Shown piece by piece: positions 1 through 14,400 of a stretch of 64,000 nucleotides of DNA (position 1 is the first letter of the stretch; every line of letters starts with the position of its first letter). The stretch lies in the NCBI GenBank assembly GCA_963666425.2, contig OY762825.2, positions 2,400,001 to 2,464,000 on the forward strand. The letters run 5' to 3'. Under the pieces are notes generated by a model, which was given only the letters and a program-made list of their open reading frames with translations, was not told the origin of the DNA and did no database searches. The translations under genes were made by a program, and so were the position numbers. Source of the DNA: Bacillota bacterium (GTDB lineage: Bacteria; Bacillota; JAAYKD01).

Positions 1-1515
1 AGTATTTGTGGGTGGTTCAGCAGGTGGCGAGGTTGTCGTTTTTTTCACTACTCCAGCCATGCCGGAGGTAGCTGCGTTTTTTGCAGAGGTAATCGCAGTG
101 AGATCCAAAGCAGAGTCGATTGCTGCATCGCCTTCATCTTTGAATCCTGTTAAGGCAGCCCAATTGGCTGGAGTGTAATTTGCTTCGGTATAGTTGGCTA
201 AGGCATTCGCCAGCATATCATGAGCTGTTGTTTTCGCAGCAGCTAAGGTATCAGTTAAGACTGATGCAACTGTTACAGATGAACCTGCAACTACCGGTGC
301 GTTGCCTGCTAGGACACCGTTTGTACCGAATGCGGCTGTTACAATTGCGCCGGGTACTGTAACAATCGTATTGTTTGCATTGGCTTCAACAGAGCCGAGT
401 TCACCTTGACCGCTAATGCTTGAGCCTAGGCCATTTACGATGATTTTCACAATAGCAGAACTGGAATTTTCTATCACATTCGAATTTTCACCATCAATCG
501 TGACCAGATGAATCACTGCGTTATTCGCAGTAACGGTGATCCCTGAAGCTAGAATTGAAATATTACCAAAATATCCTTCGAGTAATATATCGTCATAACC
601 ATCTGCGATCACATCTCCGATTTGGGTTCCATCCTCAGTATAAACTCTAACTACACCATCTACACGGGCGATAGTGATATTTTGAAGAACAGAATCACCA
701 AGAATCTTAATGGAATTCACGCCACCACCACGAATCAATGTTCTGCCAGTTACAACAACATGATCAAGAATAACTTCTCCATCACCAACGCCATCACCGA
801 TAATCAGATCACCTGTAATTGTTATATTTTTAAGAGTAATCCCTGTTTCGTTAATCATAACATTACCATTGTAATTTGTTGTATATGTGCCTGGCGTTTT
901 CAGGTAGGTCTTCAAAAGATTATCCATCATTGAGGCAAACTCTGCTCTCGTGATGTACTGCGCCGGATGGATTGCTCCGTTATTACCAACAATATATCCT
1001 CCAGCAATAAGAGATGCCACTTCATCGATAGCCCATTCACTAAGCATAGCTTTATCTGAAAACACGTTAAGAACACTCGTGTTTGCTCCAGATAGTCTAA
1101 ATGCTCGTGCAAGGACGACAAAAGCTTCTTCACGCGTAATATTATTCTCTGGATTCAACTTGTCTCCAGCACCGACAAAAGTTTTCATTTGTACAGCCTT
1201 TGCCATATCATCATAATACCATGCATCTGTTAATACATCAGAGTAACTGCTCAAAGAAGCTTTCTCTTTTGTTCCGAAGGCTCGGTTGACAACCGCCGCC
1301 ATTTGAGCTCGAGTTAGGTAGGCTTGCGGCATAATTTTGTCATTACCGAATCCTTCTAGAAGCCCATTCACTACAGCATTTTCAAGTGCGGTTGTGGACC
1401 AATTATCTGGCATATCTGTGAATTCAAAAGCGAGTGCTGATGTGGGAAACATAACAAGAATCATAGCCAGTGCTAAAATCAAGGTTATGATTTTTCTTTT
1501 CATCTTTTGAAACAT
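1..1515 (-). CDS. S-layer-type protein with signal peptide and three N-terminal SLH domains; 3' end runs off the window
   Basis: Not in the ORF track because it is truncated. Translated by hand from ATG 1515 (RBS GGAGG at 1525-1529): MFQKMKRKIITLILALAMILVMFPTSALAFEFTDMPDNWSTTALENAVVNGLLEG...LTRAQMAA...ITREEAF...ITRAEFA. Then a beta-rich GDLIIGDGVGDG region and a helical FIVAR-like segment. Open to position 1. Confidence 0.9.
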   Translation of the reverse strand, partial: MFQKMKRKIITLILALAMILVMFPTSALAFEFTDMPDNWSTTALENAVVNGLLEGFGNDKIMPQAYLTRAQMAAVVNRAFGTKEKASLSSYSDVLTDAWYYDDMAKAVQMKTFVGAGDKLNPENNITREEAFVVLARAFRLSGANTSVLNVFSDKAMLSEWAIDEVASLIAGGYIVGNNGAIHPAQYITRAEFASMMDNLLKTYLKTPGTYTTNYNGNVMINETGITLKNITITGDLIIGDGVGDGEVILDHVVVTGRTLIRGGGVNSIKILGDSVLQNITIARVDGVVRVYTEDGTQIGDVIADGYDDILLEGYFGNISILASGITVTANNAVIHLVTIDGENSNVIENSSSAIVKIIVNGLGSSISGQGELGSVEANANNTIVTVPGAIVTAAFGTNGVLAGNAPVVAGSSVTVASVLTDTLAAAKTTAHDMLANALANYTEANYTPANWAALTGFKDEGDAAIDSALDLTAITSAKNAATSGMAGVVKKTTTSPPAEPPTNT

Positions 1516-2454
1516 GGTTGATTACCTCCATCTTTATTTAACCAATGCGACATTGAAACTTGAAATAGACAATAAGATCCTCTATATGGTAATCACATTT
1601 TATATCATTTCTAGTCATTTGTCAAATTAAGTTATAATAATTCGAATATAGCTAAATAAATTAGATATACCTATTATTTTATTATAAAGAGAAATAGACT
1701 TTTTATAAAATTCCATATACATAAAAATTCTATATCTAACATTATTATATAATAATTGCGGTAAAATCTTAGCAACTCTGAGAAATAAAAGGAATTTCAT
1801 TCATACTGAATAAATACAAAACGGAAAAAATGTTCATTGTATTTTCCGACGATTTACCAGACTTAGTAATTACACTGCTGCATTGGGAATATTGTAAAGC
1901 AACAAGGAAAGAAATTGGGGATGAACTCACGACTATTCTCTTTATTTGGAAATCAGGTATAATTGGAATTCTACTTAAGCAAATTATGTAAAATAAAAGT
2001 ATCCTGATCATTGTTCTTTTTGTAACTTTTGCACGCTTTTATCTTTAATGAATTTCCCACTCAACTCATAATTTCTTAATCTAGGACCGAGTTGGACATA
2101 GTCAATACCAGTTTGATGAATATTAGCGAATCGTATATAAATCTATATGCTGATCTTTCTATTTATAGTGTTCATACGCTTTGCCTGGTATGATTTTCTA
2201 ATTAAGTCCTATTGAGTATTAGATTTATTTTTGAAAATCATAAATAAAGATTATAGAAATTGAAAAAGCATCTAGTCAATGGCATGGATCTCCAATTGCA
2301 GTCTCTTAACTTACTAGCTATTTTACAAATTTATTATAATGATTATCCTATTTTGTAAAGGTATTTTGTAACTATTGTTGAATAAATTAAGTAAGAATTC
2401 TTGTTTGACTTAGCGGTTCTTTTAATCAACGCGAACGAAGAGGAGATGGATAAT

Positions 2455-5400
2455 ATGAAATTCAATAGAAGATACAAAAGGATCTTATTGATTGTAACCT
2501 TAGCATTGGTTTTGCTTTTTCAACCTGGCTCTGCGATAGCCGCCAGAACGACTATTGCGATTGATAATACAATTTCTGACTGGGCAGGGGTAGGTACTTC
2601 AGCATCGGACCCGGTTGGTGATGTCAACGGGGTTGGTCCTAATGACTTAATTCGTATATGGGTTACGAATGACGAGACTAATATGTACGTTCGATGGGAT
2701 ATTGATATGACGGGCAAAGCAACGAGTATCAAGAGTAGTGCTTATGGATTAGCGATTGATAAAGATTTGAACGGGGTTGCCGATTCCTTTGCATGGGTCG
2801 CGTTTGATTCACAAGGAGTTATTTCCGCTTCAATTGAAAATGTAACAACAGGGGTTACAACGACTTTGAGTCCATCTGCCACTTACGTTACTCAGATTAA
2901 TACCGGTTCCGCTAAAACAGTGACTTCTGTAGAATCTAAGTTCCCCTTTGTCAGCCTGGCAATTCCAGCAACCTCTTCAGCGCTTCTATGGGCTGAAACC
3001 CATTCCAGTCCGGTTTCAACTTCTGTCGTTAAAGACAGAGCTCCTGACGGTGGCAATTTCAACATGAATTTCACGGATGGAAATTGGGTTCCCAATGGTA
3101 CGGGTATGGTTTTAGATATTAGTAAAGGAACGAACCGAAGCAATGTACCCAGCGGTTCACAAGTCACTTATACAATTCAGATTAGGAATACCGGTTCGGC
3201 AGCAGGAGCGATATCCAGTTTAGTGGATACCCTTCCAGCTGGCTTTACTTATGTCGCAGGATCTTCCTCAGGCATTACTTCCAACAATCCGACCATTAGC
3301 ACAACTGCAGGGACACAAACACTGACATGGATTCTCTCTCCATCTATACCTGCCGGGTCATCGGTAACCCAGACTTTTACTGCTGCTGCAAGCAGCACTT
3401 TGGGAACGTATTATAACAATGCAACTGTTATGTATTCCAGCCTGTCATTGCAGACCGGAGATACAGCGAAGGTCACGGTAGTGGCCAATAGTACACCGGT
3501 GATGTCGAGCAACTCGAATAATACTTCGCAAACCATCGCAGAAGGCAGCGGTTTGTCAGCCATTACAGCAACAGACGCGGATTTAGATACTCTTGTCTAC
3601 ACAAAAACTTCAGGTACGTTACCGGCAGGTATTACTTTGAATAGTAATGGCAGTTTCAGCGGAACAGCTAGCTATACATCTGCGGGGTCTTACCCAGTAG
3701 TCATTACAGTTACGGACGGTAATGGCGGCTCGACTTTTACAAATTTGGCGATAACAGTAACCGATGTTAATAGTGCACCCTCGTATACGGGCGCTGCAGC
3801 CAATACCGCGCAAACAATTGCTGAGGGAAGCGGCTTGACAGCGTTGGCAGCAGCCGATCCGGATGGCACAACCTTAACTTATACACTAACAACGGGCAGT
3901 TTACCGGCTGGCATTAATCTGAATGCCAACGGAACTTTCAGCGGAACCGCAAGCTACGATACAGCCGGATCTTCTCCTTATAGTGTCACCATCACAGCTT
4001 CTGACGGCAGCTTGACAGCAGCTACCAATTTAGTAATTACGGTCAACAATACCAATCGTGCACCATCGTATACAGGTGCTGCAGCCAATACCGCGCAGAC
4101 AATTGCTGAGGGGAGCGGCTTGACAGCGTTGGCAGCAGCTGATCCGGATGGTACGACCTTAACTTATACGTTAACAACGGGCAGTTTGCCGGCTGGCATT
4201 ACGCTGAATGCTAATGGAACTTTCAGCGAAACCGCAAGCTACGATGCAGCCGGATCTTCTCCTTACAGTGTTACCATCACGGCTTCCGATGGCAGTTTGA
4301 CAGCAGCTACCAATTTAGCAATTACGGTCAACAATACCAACCGCGCACCGGAATTCACAGGCGCTGCAACCAATACCGCGCAGACAATTGCTGAAGGAAG
4401 CGGCTTGACAGCGTTGGCAGCAGCCGATCCAGATGGCACAACCTTAACTTATACGTTAACAGCGGGCAGTTTACCGGCTGGCATTAATCTGAATGCCAAC
4501 GGAACTTTCAGCGGAACCGCAAGCTACGATGCAGCCGGATCTTCTCCTTACAATGTTACCATCACGGCTTCCGATGGCAGTTTGACAGCAGCTACCAATT
4601 TAGCAATTACGGTCAACAATACCAACCGCGAACCGGAATTTACAGGCGCTGCAGCCAATACCGTACAGACAATTGCTGAAGGAAGCGGCTTGACAGCGTT
4701 GGCAGCAGCCGATCCGGATGGCACGACCTTAACTTATACGTTAACAGCGGGCAGTTTACCGGCTGGCATTAATCTGAATGCCAACGGAACTTTCAGCGGA
4801 ACCGCAAGCTACGATGCAGCCGGATCTTCTCCTTACAATGTTACCATCACGGCTTCCGATGGCAGTTTGACAGCAGCTACCAATTTAGCAATTACGGTCA
4901 ACAATACCAACCGCGAACCGGAATTCACAGGCGCTGCAGCCAATACCGCGCAGACAATTGCTGAAGGAAGCGGCTTGACAGCGTTGGCAGCAGCCGATCC
5001 GGATGGCACGACCTTAACTTATACGTTAACAGCGGGCAGTTTACCGGCTGGCATTAATCTGAATGCCAACGGAACTTTCAGCGGAACCGCAAGCTACGAT
5101 GCAGCCGGATCTTCTCCTTACAATGTTACCATCACGGCTTCCGATGGCAGTTTGACAGCAGCTACCAATTTAGCAATTACGGTCAACAATACCAACCGCG
5201 AACCGGAATTCACAGGCGCTGCAGCCAATACCGCGCAGACAATTGCTGAAGGAAGCGGCTTGACAGCGTTGGCAGCAGCCGATCCGGACAGTGATACCTT
5301 GACCTACAGTTTAACCAGTGGGACTTTGCCAATCGGTATCACTTTTAATGCAGATGGAACTTTTACCGGAGCAACAAGTCCTGGTTCTAGCGGAACTTTT

Positions 5401-8400
5401 CCGCTGATGTTCTCCGTCAGTGATGGTACCATGACAGATACAACAACATTAAACCTGACTGTAAGCAATACCAACCACGCGCCGGAATTCACAGGTGCTG
5501 CAACCAATACCGCACAGACAATTGCTGAGGGAAGCGGCTTGACAGCGTTGGCAGCAGCTGATCCGGATGGTACGACCTTAACTTATACACTAACAACGGG
5601 CAGTTTGCCGGCTGGCATTACGCTGAATGCTAATGGAACTTTCAGCGGGACCGCAAGCTACGATGCAGCTGGATCTTCCCCTTACAGTGTCACTATCACG
5701 GCTTCCGATGGCAGCTTGACAGCAGCTACCAATTTAGTAATTACGGTCAACAATACCAACCGCGCACCATCGTATACAGGCGCTGCGACTAATACTGCGC
5801 AGACAATTGCTGAAGGAAGCGGCTTGACAGCGTTGGCAGCAGCCGATCCGGACAGTGATACCTTGATCTACAGTGTAACCTCCGGCAGCTTACCGAGTGG
5901 CGTAACGTTAAACAACAATGGAACTTTCAGCAGCAGCGCAAGCTACACCGCAGCAGGCGACTACCCGATTGAGATCACGGTTTCAGACGGTAAAGGCGGC
6001 ACAGATACAACCAGCCTGACGATTACAGTCAGCGATGTCGACCGCGACCCGATTTTCACAGGCGATGCAACCAACACCGCGCAGACAATAGCGGAAGGTG
6101 CAGCACCGGCAGCCTTAGCAGCCACCGACGATGCTGACGAAACACTCAGTTACAGCCTAACCTCCGGCAGCTTACCGAGCGGCGTAACGCTAAACAACAA
6201 TGGAACTTTCAGCGGCAGCACAAGCTACACCGCAGCAGGCGACTACCCGGTTGTGATTACAGTTTCAGACGGCAAAGGCGGCACAGATACAACTAATCTG
6301 ACTATTACGGTCAGCGATGTTAATAGAGATCCGATCTTCACCGCAGCAGCAACAAACACTGCGCAGACAATAGCGGAAGGTGCAGCACCGGCGGCCTTAG
6401 CAGCCACCGACGATGCCGACGAGACGCTCAGCTATAGTGTAACCTCCGGCAGCCTGCCGAGCGGCGTAACGTTAAACAACAATGGAACTTTCAGCGGCAG
6501 CCCAAGCTACACCGCAGCAGGCAGTTATCCGGTTGAGATCACAGTTTCAGACAGCAAAGGCGGCAGCGATACGACCAACCTGACGATTACAGTCAGCGAT
6601 GTTAACAGAGATCCGATCTTCACCGCAGCGTTAACTAACACCGCACAGACGATTGCAGAAGGTGCAGCACCGGCAGCCTTAGCGGCCACCGACGATGCTG
6701 ACGAAACACTCAGTTACAGCGTAACCTCCGGCAGCTTACCGAGCGGCGTAACGCTAAACAACAATGGAACTTTCAGCGGCAGCGTAAGTTACACCGCAGC
6801 AGGCGACTACCCGGTTGTGATTACAGTTTCAGACGGCAAAGGCGGCACAGATACAACTAATCTGACTATTACGGTCAGCGATGTTAACAGAGATCCGATC
6901 TTCACCGCAGCAGCAACAAACACCGCGCAGACGATTGCTGAAGGTGCAGCACCGGCAGCCTTAGCAGCCACCGACGATGCCGACGAAACACTCAGTTACA
7001 GCGTAACCTCCGGCAGTTTACCGAGCGGCGTAACGTTAAACAGCAATGGAACTTTCAGCGGCAGCGCAAGCTACACCGCAGCAGGCGACTATCCGGTTGT
7101 GATTACAGTTTCAGATGGCAAAGGCGGCACAGATACGACCAACCTGACAATTACGGTCAGCGATGTTAACCGCGACCCGATTTTCACAGGCGCTGCAACC
7201 AACACCGCGCAGACAATAGCGGAAGGTGCAGCACCGGCAGCCTTAGCAGCCACCGACGATGCTGACGAAACACTCAGTTACAGCCTAACCTCCGGCAGCT
7301 TACCGAGCGGATTAACACTCAATGCCAATGGCAGCTTCAGCGGCAGCGCAAGCTACATCGCAGCAGGCGACTACCCGGTTGTGATTACAGTTTCAGATGG
7401 CAAAGGCGGCAGCGATACGACCAACCTGACAATTACAGTCAGCGACGTCAACCGTGACCCGATCTTTACAGGCGCTGCAACCAACACCACACAAACAATT
7501 GCGGAAGGTGCAACACCGGCAGCACTCGCGGCAACGGACGATGCCGACGAAACACTCAGTTACAGCGTAACTTCCGGCAGCTTACCAAGTGGATTGACAC
7601 TCAATGCCAACGGCAGCTTCAGCGGCAGCGCAAGCTACATCGCAGCAGGCGACTACCCGGTTGTGATTACAGTTTCAGATGGCAAAGGCGGCAGCGATAC
7701 GACCAACCTGACAATTACAGTCAGCGACGTCAACCGTGACCCGATCTTTACAGGCGCTGCAACCAACACCACACAAACAATTGCGGAAGGTGCAACACCG
7801 GCAGCACTCGCGGCAACGGACGATGCCGACGAAACACTCAGTTACAGCGTAACTTCCGGCAGCTTACCAAGTGGATTGACACTCAATGCCAACGGCAGCT
7901 TCAGCGGCACAGCAAGCTACACCGCAGCAGGCGACTATCCGGTTGTGATCACAGTTTCAGACGGCAAAGGCGGCAGCGATACGACCAACCTGACGATTAC
8001 AGTCAGCGATGTCAATCGTGATCCGGTCTTCACCGCTGCTCTAACCAATACCGCGCAGACAATAGCGGAAGGTGCTGCACCGGCAGCACTCGCGGCAACG
8101 GATGATGCTGACGAAACACTCAGTTACAGCGTAACCTCCGGCAGCTTGCCGAGCGGATTAACACTCAATGCCAACGGCAGTTTCAGCGGCAGCACAAGCT
8201 ACACCGCAGCAGGTAACTACCCGATTGAGATCACAGTTTCAGACGGCAAAGGCGGCACAGACACCACCAACCTGACAATTACAGTCAGCGATGTCAATCG
8301 TGATCCGATCTTCACCGCAGCTGCAACCAATACCACACAGACGATTGCGGAAGGTGCAGCACCGGCAGCCTTAGCAGCCACCGACGATGCTGACGAAACA

Positions 8401-11400
8401 CTCAGTTACAGCGTAACCTCCGGCAGTTTACCGAGCGGCGTAACGTTAAACAGCAATGGAACTTTCAGCGGCAGCGCAAGCTACACCGCGGCAGGCAGTT
8501 ATCCGGTTGAGATCACAGTTTCAGACAGCAAAGGCGGCACAGATACAACTAATCTGACTATTACGGTCAGCGATGTTAACCGCGACCCAATCTTCACCGC
8601 AGCGTTAACCAACACCGCACAGACGATTGCGGAAGGTGCAGCACCGGCAGCGCTCGCAGCCACCGACGATGCAGACGAAACGCTTAGCTACAGTGTAACT
8701 TCCGGCAGCTTGCCGAGCGGATTAACACTCAATGCCAACGGCAGTTTCAGCGGCAGCACAAGCTACACCGCAGCAGGCGACTACCCGGTTGTGATTACAG
8801 TTTCAGACGGCAAAGGCGGCACAGATACAACTAATCTGACTATTACGGTCAGCGATGTTAACCGAGATCCGGCTTTCACCGCCGCTGCAATCAATACTGC
8901 ACAAACAATTGCGGAAGGCACTGCGCCGGCAGCCTTAGCGGCCACCGACGATGCTGACGAAACACTCAGTTACAGCGTAACCTCCGGCAGCTTACCGAGC
9001 GGATTAACACTCAATGCCAATGGCAGCTTCAGCGGCAACGCAAGTTACACCGCAGCAGGCGACTACCCGGTTGTGATTACAGTTTCAGACGGCAAAGGCG
9101 GCAGTGATACGACTAACCTGACGATTACAGTCAGTGACGTTAACCGCGCCCCGATCTTTACAAGCGCTGTAACTAACACTGCACAGACGATAGCGGAAGG
9201 TGCAGCACCGGCAGCCTTAATTGCAACGGATGACGCGGACGAGACACTAAGCTACAGTGTAACCTCCGGCAGCCTGCCGAGCGGACTGACGTTGAACAGC
9301 AACGGCAGCTTCAGCGGCAGCGCAAGCTACACCGCAGCAGGCGACTACCCGGTTGTGATCACAGTTTCAGACGGCAAAGGCGGCACAGATTCGACTAACC
9401 TGACGATTACGGTTAGCGATGTCAACCGCGACCCAATCTTCACAGGCGCTGTAACTAACACTACACAGACGATTGCGGAAGGCGGCACACCGGCAGCACC
9501 CGCGGCAACGGATGATGCTGACGAAACGCTTAGCTACAGCGTAACCTCCGGCAGCTTGCCGAGCGGATTAACACTCAATGCCAACGGCAGCTTCAGCGGC
9601 AGCGCAAGCTACACCGCAGCGGGTGACTACCCGATTGAAATCACGGTTTCTGACGGCAAAGGCGGCACAGATACGACCAACCTGACAATTACAGTCAGCG
9701 ATGTCAATCGTGACCCGATCTTTACCGCAGTTGCAACAAACACCGCGCAGACAATAGCGGAAGGCACAGCACCGGCAGCGCTCGCAGCCACCGATGACGC
9801 AGACGAAACGCTTAGCTACAGTGTAACTTCCGGCAGCTTGCCGAGCGGATTAACACTCAATGCCAACGGCAGTTTCAGCGGCAGCACAAGCTACACCGCA
9901 GCAGGCGACTACCCGGTTGTGATTACAGTTTCAGACGGCAAAGGCGGCACAGATACAACTAATCTGACTATTACGGTCAGCGATGTTAACCGAGATCCGG
10001 GTTTCACCGCCGCTGCAATCAATACTGCACAAACAATTGCGGAAGGCACTGCGCCGGCAGCCTTAGCGGCCACCGACGATGCTGACGAGACACTAAGCTA
10101 CAGTGTAACCTCCGGAAACTTACCAAGTGGATTGACACTCAATACCAATGGCAGCTTCAGCGGCAGCGCAAGCTACACCGCAGCAGGCGACTACCCGGTT
10201 GTGATCACAGTTTCAGACGGCAAAGGCGGCACAGACACCACCAACCTGACGATTACGGTCAGCGATGTCAACCGCGACCCGATCTTTACAGGCGCTGTAA
10301 CTAACACCACACAAACAATTGCGGAAGGTGCAGCACCGGCAGCCTTAGCAGCCACCGACGATGCTGACGAAACGCTCAGCAACAGCGTAACCTCCGGCAG
10401 TTTACCGAGCGGATTAACACTCAATGCCAACGGCAGTTTCAGCGGCAGCACAAGCTACACCGCAGCGGGTGACTACCCAATTGAGATTACAGTTTCAGAC
10501 GGCAAAGGCGGCACAGATACAACTAATCTGACAATTACGGTCAGCGATGTTAACAGAGATCCGATCTTCACCGCAGCAGCAACAAACACCGCGCAGACGA
10601 TTGCTGAAGGTGCAGCACCGGCCGCGCTCGCAGCCACCGATGACGCTGACGAAACGTTTAGCTACAGTGTAACTTCCGGCAGCTTACCGAGCGGCGTAAC
10701 GTTAAACAACAATGGAACTTTCAGCGGCACAGCAAGTTATATTTCGTCCGGCAGTTACCCGGTTGTGATCACAGTTTCAGACGGCAAAGGCGGCACAGAC
10801 ACCACCAACCTGACAATTACAGTCAGCGACGTCAACCGCGACCCGATCTTCACAGGCGCTGTAACTAACACTGCACAGACGATTGCAGAAGGTGCAGCAC
10901 CGGCAGCACTCGCGGCAACGGATGATGCTGACGAAACGCTTAGCTACAGCGTAACTTCCGGCAGCTTACCAAGTGGATTGACACTCAATGCCAACGGCAG
11001 CTTCAGCGGCACAGCAAGCTACACCTCATCCGGCAGTTATCCGGTTGAGATCACAGTTTCAGACGGCAAAGGCGGCACAGATACGACCAACCTGACAATT
11101 ACAGTCAGCGATGTCAATCGTGATCCTATCTTCACCGCAGCTGCAACCAATACTGCGCAGACAATAGCGGAAGGCACAGCACCGGCAGCGCTCGCAGCCA
11201 CCGATGACGCTGACGAAACGCTTAGCTACAGCGTAACCTCCGGCAGCTTACCGAGCGGATTAACACTCAATGCCAACGGCAGCTTCAGCGGCAGCGCAAG
11301 CTACACCGCAGCAGGCGACTACCCGGTTGTGATTACAGTTTCAGACGGCAAAGGCGGCAGTGATACGACTAACCTGACGATTACAGTCAGCGATGTCAAT

Positions 11401-14400
11401 CGTGATCCGATCTTCACAGGCGCTGCAACCAACACTGCGCAAACAATAGCGGAAGGTGCAGCACCGGCGGCCTTAACAGCCACCGACGATGCAGACGAAA
11501 CGCTTAGCTACAGTGTAACTTCCGGCAGCTTGCCGAGCGGATTAACACTCAATGCCAACGGCAGTTTCAGCGGCAGCACAAGCTACACCGCAGCAGGCGA
11601 CTACCCGGTTGTGATTACAGTTTCAGACGGCAAAGGCGGCACAGATACGACCAACCTGACGATTACAGTCAGCGATGTTAACCGCGACCCAATCTTCACC
11701 GCAGCGTTAACCAACACCGCACAGACGATTGCGGAAGGTGCAACACCGGCAGCACTCGCGGCAACGGACGATGCCGACGAAACACTCAGTTACAGCGTAA
11801 CTTCTGGCAGCTTACCAAGTGGATTGACACTCAATGCCAACGGCAGCTTCAGCGGCAGCGCAAGCTACACCGCAGCAGGCGACTACCCGGTTGTGATTAC
11901 AGTTTCAGATGGCAAAGGCGGCAGCGATACGACCAACCTGACAATTACAGTCAGCGACGTCAACCGCGCTCCAGTCTTCACCGCTGCAGCAGGAAACACG
12001 GCGCAGACAATAGTGGAAGGTGCAGCACCGGCAGCCTTAGCAGCCACCGACGATGCTGACGAAACACTCAGTTACAGCGTTACCTCCGGCAGCTTACCGA
12101 GCGGATTAACACTCAATACCAATGGCAGCTTCAGCGGCAGCGCAAGCTACACCGCAGCGGGTGACTACCCGGTTGGAATCACGGTTTCTGACGGTAAAGG
12201 CGGCAGCGATACGACTAACCTGACGATTACAGTCAGCGATGTTAACCGTGATCCGGCTTTCACCGCAGCAGCAACAAACACTGCACAGACGATTGCAGAA
12301 GGTGCAGCACCGGCAGCCTTAGCGGCAACCGATGACGCTGACGAAACACTCAGTTACAGCGTAACCTCCGGCAGCTTACCGAGTGGCGTAATGTTAAACA
12401 ACAATGGAACTTTCAGCGGCACAGCAAGCTACACCTCATCCGGCAGTTATCCGGTTGAGATCACAGTTTCAGACGGCAAAGGCGGCACAGACACCACCAA
12501 CCTGACGATTACGGTCAGTGACGTCAACCGCGACCCGATCTTCACCGCAGTTGCAACAAACACCGCGCAGACAATAGCGGAAGGCACAGCACCGGCAGCC
12601 TTAGCGGCCAGCGACGACGCGGACGAGACACTAAGCTACAGTGTAACCTCCGGCAGCCTGCCGAGCGGATTAACACTCAATGCCAACGGCAGCTTCAGCG
12701 GCAGCGCAAACTACACCGCAGCGGGTGACTATCCGGTTGAGATTACAGTTTCAGACACCAAAGGCGGCAGTGATACGACTAACCTGACGATTACGGTCAG
12801 TGATGTCAACCGTGATCCGATCTTCACCGCAGCGTTAACCAATACCGCGCAGACAATAGCGGAAGGTGCAGCACCGGCCGCGCTCGCAGCCATCGACGAT
12901 GCTGATGAAACGCTCAGTTACAGCGTAACCTCCGGCAGTTTACCGAGCGGCGTAACGTTAAACAATAATGGAACTTTCAGCGGCACAGCAAGTTATATTT
13001 CGTCCGGCAGTTACCCGGTTGTGATCACAGTTTCAGACGGCAAAGGCGGCACAGATACGACCAACCTGACAATTACGGTCAGTGACGTCAACCGTGACCC
13101 GATCTTCACAGGCGCTGCAACCAACACTGCGCAAACAATTGTGGAAGGTGCAACACCGGCGGCCTTAGCAGCCACCGACGATGCCGACGAAACACTCAGT
13201 TACAGCGTAACCTCCGGCAGCTTACCGAGCGGATTAACACTCAATGCCAATGGCAGCTTCAGCGGCACAGCAAGCTACACCGCGGCAGGCAGTTATCCGG
13301 TTGAGATCACAGTTTCAGACAGCAAAGGCGGCAGCGATACGACCAACCTGACGATTACGGTCAGTGATGTCAACCGCGACCCGATCTTCACAGGCGCTGT
13401 AACTAACACCACACAAACAATAGCGGAAGGTGCAGCACCGGCCGCGCTCGCAGCCATCGACGATGCTGATGAAACGCTCAGCTACAGCGTAACCTCCGGC
13501 AGCTTACCAAGTGGATTGACACTCAATACCAATGGCAGCTTCAGCGGCAGCGTAAGTTACACCGCAGCAGGCGACTACCCGGTTGTGATTACAGTTTCAG
13601 ACGGCAAAGGCGGCACAGATACAACTAATCTGACAATTACAGTCAGCGACGTCAACCGCGACCCGATCTTCACAGGCGCTGTAACTAACACTGCACAGAC
13701 GATTGCAGAAGGTGCAGCACCGGCAGCCTTAGCGGCCACCGACGATGCTGACGAAACACTCAGTTACAGCGTAACCTCCGGCAGCTTACCGAGCGGATTA
13801 ACACTCAATACCAATGGCAGCTTCAGCGGCAGCGCAAGCTACACCGCAGCGGATGACTACCCGGTTGTGATTACAGTTTCAGATGGCAAAGGCGGCACAG
13901 ATACGACCAACCTGACGATTACAGTCAGTGATGTCAATCGCGACCCGATCTTTACAGGCGCTGCAACCAATAGCGCGCAGACGATTGCAGAAGGTAGTGT
14001 GTTAGCTTCTCTTATTGCAACAGATCCAGACAGTGATTCTCTTGATTACAGTATCAGCAGTGGCTTATTACCAGCTGGAATCACCCTGAATTCGGATGGA
14101 ACATTCAGCGGAACAGTAAATTATACATCGGCAGGGTCCTATCCGGTAACTGTTTTGATTGTTGACGGCAAGGGTGGCAGCATCTCTCAATCTCTTATCA
14201 TTCATATCGATAATACAAATACAATACCCAGTATACAAACCTTGACAGACCGTACTGATAGAGAAGGAATATCAATTGACCTCAATATTACTTCGACGGA
14301 TATCGATGGAGATATTCTTACTTATACTGCAGTGAATCTGCCTTTGGGAATCACAATCCATCCAAACACTGGCAAATTGGAAGGAACGCTGACACTTCCG

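Noticed and set aside
180-1216. Short ORFs listed over positions 180-1216
   Set aside because: Shadow frames of the minus-strand SLH gene at 1..1515.
3519-13967. CRISPR array or DGR in the long repeats
   Set aside because: Units are contiguous in-frame protein domains with no unique spacers. No cas or reverse transcriptase genes are present, and variation is not adenine-specific.
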